Shown piece by piece: positions 58,261 through 64,000 of a stretch of 64,000 bases of DNA. A model generated the notes under the pieces. That model was not told where the DNA came from and did not search any database. It saw only the letters and a list, made by a program, of their open reading frames with translations. A program made the position numbers and the translations under genes. Each line of letters opens with the position of its first letter. Within the stretch, counting starts at the first letter, position 1. The DNA is from Diplonema japonicum (taxonomy: Eukaryota; Protista; Euglenozoa: Diplonemea), in NCBI GenBank assembly GCA_964019335.1, contig OZ025704.1, forward strand, positions 124,001 to 188,000. Direction: 5' to 3'.

Positions 58261-58615
58261 ATACGTGGTCTCCCCCCTTTTTCCTATCATATTTCTTTAT
58301 TTTCTTTCTTTCTTTATTTTCTTTTATCGTCTTCATGACCCTCCTCCCCCCCCCCCCCCCCCCATTTCACTTTGCTCTTTTTTTTTCTTTTTCCGAATTC
58401 CCTGTTTTAAAAAAAAAAACTGTTTATGAGTGGGGAGGAGGGGCATTATAAACGAGGTGGTGAGATAGAGGAGAAAAAAAAATAGAAGGAGGGGGGGGAT
58501 ATTATGGGGAAAAAAAAAGGAACTTCGTTTTTTTTTTTTTTTCTTCTTTCTTTTCTATCTCATACAAAATCAACAAAAAAAAAGGAAAGTTTACAACAGT
58601 TCAAAGAGGATACAC

Positions 58616-59357
58616 ATGAATCGATATAAAATCCAGTACGTTATAGGGGATGGGGCCTACGGGCTGGTCATGAGGGCCACTCAAATAGAGACCGGTGACA
58701 CTGTAGCAGTGAAAAAGATGAAGAGGAAATTTTACAACTGGCACGAGTGCATGGATCTAAGAGAGATCAAATCTCTGAAGAAGCTAAACCATCATAACAT
58801 TATTAAACTGAAGGAGGTGATTAGAGAGAACGACGAATTGTTCTTTGTCTTTGATTTCTGCGAGAATAACCTGTATCAATTGATGACCGGTACTCAAAAA
58901 GGCCTCCCAGAGTACCTCGTACGGAATATCATGAATCAGATTTTTCAAGCATTGACTTATATGCACAAAGTATACATTTCTTTTTTTCATTTTTTTGAAA
59001 AAAAAAAAGAAAAAAAATTTTTTTTTTCCCTCCAGCATGGTTTTTTCCACCGAGACCTTAAACCAGAGAACCTGCTCGTCAACGGGGCCGGGGACCTCAC
59101 TCACCAAAACTACAGTAAGGATCTGGTGGTGAAACTAGCCGACTTCGGGCTTGCTAGGGAAATCAGGTCACGCCCTCCATTTACTGATTACGTGTCCACT
59201 AGATGGTGTGTTGGGGGAAAAAAAAAAAAAAAAAAAAAAAAAAAATAAAGGTATCGCGCACCTGAAATCCTTCTCCGGTCCACGAACTACAACAGCCCGA
59301 TCGACATGTGGGCTGCGGGTGTGATAATGGCTGAGATGTACTTGGTGTGGGGAAGAG

Positions 59358-59396
<39 letters not shown>

Positions 59397-59929
59397 AGAT
59401 TCGGCCGCTTTTCCCCGGTACAAGCGAAACGGATGAGATTTTCAAAATCTGTTCAGTGCTTGGGACACCGACCCCTCAGCAGTGGCAGGAAGGGCATCGG
59501 TTGGCACAGGCGATGAACTTCAAGTTCCCCCAGATGGTCCCCACACCGTTGTCCTCCCTCATCCCGTCTGCGGCGAACGAGGCTCTCAGCATCATGAACC
59601 AACTGCTGGTGTACGAACCGAAGAAGAGGCTGACCAGCAACGAGGCGTTGCAGCATTCGTTCTTTACATCGTATCAAGCTACATCCATCAAACCGCAAAC
59701 CCCAAGCGCACTTGGGCTCAGCTCAGCAGGGAGCTCTGTCGGAGGTCAGACACGCGAAGAACCCCCCCAGCAGCAAAAACAGACTAGTCAAGATTTTGAG
59801 ACATTCAGACACCATAGCACAAAGGTACAAAAAAAAAAAAAAAAAAAAAAAAAACAGACCGACTCCAGTGCGCCTGGCTCTAGGTGGTACCAAGAACAAG
59901 GTAGGAAGATGTCTTCGGATTATTACTGA
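58616..59929 (+). CDS. MAK/ICK (RCK) family CMGC kinase (~371 aa); introns 58970-59035, 59206-59250, 59345-59398, 59825-59857
   Basis: Splicing restores YMHK|[34 protein letters not shown]|YRAPE and EMYL|IRPLFPG. Confidence 0.95.
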
Positions 59930-60617
59930 GCGGGGGGGGGGGAAGAAAAAAAGAAAGAAAGGAAGGATACCAGCTTCACTTACGTGTTGAAATACTGTTG
60001 AAACAAAAAGAAATTGACAAACGGGACTTAACGATTCGTCAAGTTTTGTTATCACAGTAAATATATTGTGTTCCTCTTCTTTTTTTTTCTTTTTTTTTTC
60101 TCGCTTTAGATAGACAGTAGTCTCAAGCTTTAACATTTTTTTTTCTTTTTTTTTTTTTTTTTTTTTAGACTGAAAAGTTCGTTCTTTTCCCCATTTACAC
60201 TTTGTGGTTTTTTTTTTTTTTTTTTTTTTTCCCTTTTTTTTTTCCCCCCTTTCCCTCTTTCTTTTTTTTCTTTTTTTCCCTGATGCACACCGCGTTCCAT
60301 GTCACGGTCTAATTTTGATTCCAAATGTGTACAATACATTTAACAAAAAAAAGAAATCAAGTGGCATGGCGATATTTGCTTCATCAGGTTAAAAAAAAAA
60401 AAAAAAGAGGAAACCAAAAAGGGGGGAGAGAGGGGGAAAGGAAAACGAATCAGTTGTTAATAACCCTCAAAGAGGGGAAGAAAAAAAAAGTCATCCCCAT
60501 CCTACACACTTCACCCCCCCCCTTTTTTCTCGTTCTTGTCTATTAACAGTTTTTTTTTTCCTCTTCTTTTATTTTTTTCATATCTCTTCGATCTTACACA
60601 ACCTAACAGGTGCGCAC

Positions 60618-63032
60618 ATGTCTGAGGAGGCAGCTGCCATGGAAGAAGTGAATAAGGTAGAAGAGGAGAAAACAATAGAAGACAGCGAGAAGGTAGACAC
60701 GTCCCCTCTTCCAGGGATGTCAGGGATTCCGATCTTTGGAGGAAAGCCTTTAAAACCAGCTGTGAAGGAGGACGATGTAGAACCGGAGGTGAGAGCAGCA
60801 CCACAGACCCCAGAGAAGCGAAGCGAAGAGGTGAAGCAATCCTCCCTTTCGCCCTCGGTCTATTCTGAAGAGAAGGACCGTCTGCGGTCAGCATACATGG
60901 CGTCCCCTTACGTGGCACAGACACCCAGCAAGACCCCCACGCAGCGAGGCAAGAAGACCGCTAGTGTCCGCTCTGGTTCCGCTACCGCCACAGCTGCCAT
61001 TGTGTCCCACAAGCCACTCAACAGGAAGCCTCCTGCAGATCAACGTGGCTGTGTTTTCAAGTCCAACACACAGCGCTTCAGAACAGGCGATGTGATGGCC
61101 AGTGGCGGTGTCCCGCTCATCAGCAGTGTCTCCACGCCTGATGAGGAACCCAGCAAGATGGGCGGCAAGCGTGCCCTGCGCGACAACTGCAAAGGCTCTC
61201 CCCCAAGGTACGGGATGAACATCCAGATGCTCAGGAAACGCTATTCCAGACCTGTGAGGCACGCGGTCGAAAGGTGGGGGGACAAGGCGGAGTGCATAGG
61301 AAAGGCCACGTGTTCCGCAACATGCATGACAGTGGCCGACAGCACCGTGTGGTGCGCGGAGTCCGACGGCACCATCACCATCAGGGAGAAGGACGGGTCC
61401 GTCTTCGCTGTCGTGGAGCGTGACCACCATGCGCCTCAGATCACGTCGCTGCTGTACATCGCGTCAGGCAACAAGGGAGGGCGGGTGCTGGTGGGGCATG
61501 CGAACGGCACCGTGCTGGCATTGGACGCCATCACAGCCGAGAGGCTCACCAACGACGCTTTGTTCCACAGCAGTGCGGTGACATGTCTAGCGGCAGTGTA
61601 CCACGCGAACACCTCGTCGCTGGTGGTGAGCACGGCGAAGGATGGGACCATGCAGTTTTTTGACGGCCACACGCTGGAGGTGCTGCAGACGGTGGCGCAC
61701 CCGGCGGCTGTGAACTGCGTGGTGGCGTCGGGGCCCTACACATACACAGGCTGCCAAGACGGGTGCGTCAGGAAGTGGGACACGCAGACGGGCGTTGAGC
61801 TGTCGTCGAACGCCCTGTCGGGGCCTGTGCGCGACATCATGCTCGATGGGCGGTACCTGTGGTGCTGCGCAGAAGGCGCACAGCAGCTGACCATCATCGA
61901 CGTCACCACAATGTCGCCAGCAGCACACCCGCACCCACCCACCACCGCCGCACCTGTGAAGGTGTTACATATGGGCTCCTCTACGTGGACCCTGCACAAT
62001 GACAACAGCGTCGTCGTGTGGAACTCGCAGGTATGTCCGCACATCTCAACACCACACCACACCCTCAGACACTTGAGTGTGTCCGCACGATGCAGTCGCA
62101 AGGCAACGACACCATCTACTCCGCGTGCAAGGTGCAGACCGTACCCGAGGACTACGAGGTCTGGACGCTGTCGGAGGGCAGGGTGCAGATGTGGAGGAAC
62201 CATGAGTACCCGCTCCCTATTTGGTGTGCTCTCATCAATTCCCTTTTTTTTCCTTACATTACAACCCCTTGCTGCAGGTGCAACGACGCGTACCAAGCGT
62301 GGATGGAGAACGTGAACGAAGTTAAAGACGAAGTGGCACAGCTGAAGGCAACGGTGGCGTTGAAGAACGAGAAGATAGCACAGCTGGAGGGGCTGAACGA
62401 GAGGGTATGCAAAAGAAACCCCCCCCCCCCCCCCCCACGCTCTTAATTCCCCACAGTTGAAGGAAGACCTTGTGCAGGCCAACCAGCTACAAGTATCGGT
62501 GCAGTCGCTGGCGACGACGAGGTCGCAAGAAGTGGGGGTGGAGAACGAGAGGAGGAAGAAACTTGAGGCGGAGCTGAGCGACTTGCGACAGGTGATCATT
62601 GAGATCCACAAAGAGATTACACCTGCGGATCAACACCTGTTGCACTACAAGCCGAGCGACCTGAAGAGCATTGTCGGTTGGTTGGCGAACGAGTACACAT
62701 GTGGGGCAGGAAGCCTCCCTCAGCAGGACGGCGCTGAATCTGAGCTTCACCAGCTCCTGACAGACATACACAAAAAGCTAACACCCCCTGAGGACCACGA
62801 GGACACCTACAGTACCAGTGACTATGTAGGGATTGTCCGGTTACTGCAGGCACGTGCTGCCAACCCAGAAGTACAACAGATGGACACAAACGACACCATC
62901 GCTGACCTCACTGCGCAAAATCACAACCTCAAGGAGGACAACACCCGGCTGAAGGAAATGCTTGAAAAGCTCAAACTGTCACACAAGAGGGTCAACGCTC
63001 AGTTGCAATCCATCACCCAACAGCACTCTTAG
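60618..63032 (+). CDS. WD40 beta-propeller protein with disordered N-terminus and C-terminal coiled coil (~756 aa); introns 62031-62068, 62224-62277, 62405-62456
   Basis: HSSAVTCL, STAKDGTMQFFD, TGCQDGCVRKWD WD motifs; introns join the three ORF-track frames in phase. Confidence 0.88.
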
Positions 63033-63653
63033 ATTTTCTTTTTTCTTTTTTTTTTTTCCTCAAGCGCTACCTTGACCCCCTAGTACGGGATATGCTCAAA
63101 AGGATTTACCCAGTTAGTTTGAGGAGTGGCCCGGGAAAGGTTCCTGACACGTTATTGTAGTACCCCGAGTCTTCAGAAAGCAACTCAAACTAACTATCTT
63201 TTATGTTTTGCATTAGGGTGCATTATTGGATCATTTCAAAAACTTGGGTCAAGTTTAGCACTCCACCCCCTCTTTTTGTTTTTTGAAGTGTGATTTTCTT
63301 TCTTTTTTTTTTTTTCTGCTCCCCGTTTTCTTTCATTCTTGTTTAAAAAAGAAAAAACGACTTTCGAACTGCTGGGGCGAGGAGAGGGGGACTTTTTTCG
63401 TTTACCCCCCGGTTCTAAAGGGAAAGAGGGAGGGGGAAAAAAAAAGAAGAAGAAAAAAACTATAAAGCTGCCTGCCCCCCCCCCTTTTTTTCTTTCATGT
63501 TGTATTTTTATGAAACTTGTTTCTTTTTTTTTTTTTTTTTCTTCTTTAGATTAGTTCTTTTTTTTTGTCGCTGCTGCGGGTTTTTCGATGTTCCAGAAAA
63601 AGAAAGCTGAAAAAGGTGGTGAAACTAAAAAAAAAAAAAAAAAAAAAAGAAAA

Positions 63654-63914
63654 ATGTCGGTAGTGTCGCCCAGGAGCCCGACGTCCCCGATCGCAATGCT
63701 GGAGCATGGGGACGCATTCTTCAGGCTTAGAAGCTTTTTGTGCAGCTTTTACGAAGAACACAATCCAGCCATGTTGGGGCGGGTGGACACAGTCGCGACT
63801 ACGTGGGTTGGTGCTGAGGATGACCTTTTCCACCGGTTACTGGCAAGGTACCCTGAAAGACAAAGTGACTTTGAATGGATGCTTGAGTCACCACACAGCT
63901 GTGCCCACTGTTGA
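63654..63914 (+). CDS. Small protein (86 aa) with one FY..HNP..L..VD......G.E..L...L..(K/R)Y helical domain
   Basis: FYEEHNPAMLGRVDTVATTWVGAEDDLFHRLLARYP; ATG follows an A-tract. Confidence 0.7.
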   Translation: MSVVSPRSPTSPIAMLEHGDAFFRLRSFLCSFYEEHNPAMLGRVDTVATTWVGAEDDLFHRLLARYPERQSDFEWMLESPHSCAHC

Positions 63915-64000
63915 TCAGACAACAATTTTACACCTTTTTTTTTTTTTTTTTTTTTTGCTTTCTTTCCCCTGCTAGCAGTCTTCTTTGCCCCCTTCCCTCC

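Noticed and set aside
8816-62456. Programmed frameshifts, non-canonical introns or an altered genetic code to explain broken ORFs
   Set aside because: Every break in host genes is resolved by a canonical GT-AG intron with the standard code.

Overview
Eukaryotic nuclear DNA, most consistent with a euglenozoan (diplonemid-like) protist; this assignment is inferred. About 21 protein-coding genes all lie on the + strand. They are separated by homopolymer-rich spacers with pyrimidine-tract+AG sites just upstream of start codons, which fits polycistronic transcription with SL trans-splicing. I reconstruct 19 GT-AG introns: 18 are 33-66 nt, most have GTRTG donors, and about half have a poly(A) rather than polypyrimidine tract before the AG. 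Genes include a giant EGF/IPT/multi-TM/EF-hand/PDZ receptor, a CUE+Tudor protein, GST, ankyrin, a mucin-like TM protein, BSD, coiled-coil, a 2OG-Fe(II) oxygenase-like protein, full-size ABCD, MAP10-like, an inositol polyphosphate kinase, a degenerate kinesin, two kinases and a WD40 protein. The most notable non-genic signal is a family of ~690-bp elements: two near-identical copies (27199-27882, inside an intron, and 42936-43619) and a diverged, inverted relative (~57401-58097). They carry complementary fragments of a Crypton-like tyrosine recombinase and have no TIRs. Each ends in a long imperfect hairpin whose bulges and mismatches are conserved while the stem sequence co-varies, which recalls an integron attC-like single-strand recombination substrate. 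A piggyBac relic, a TA-flanked TIR element and a degenerate retroelement-like ORF are also present. All family assignments are by motif recognition; no database search was run.
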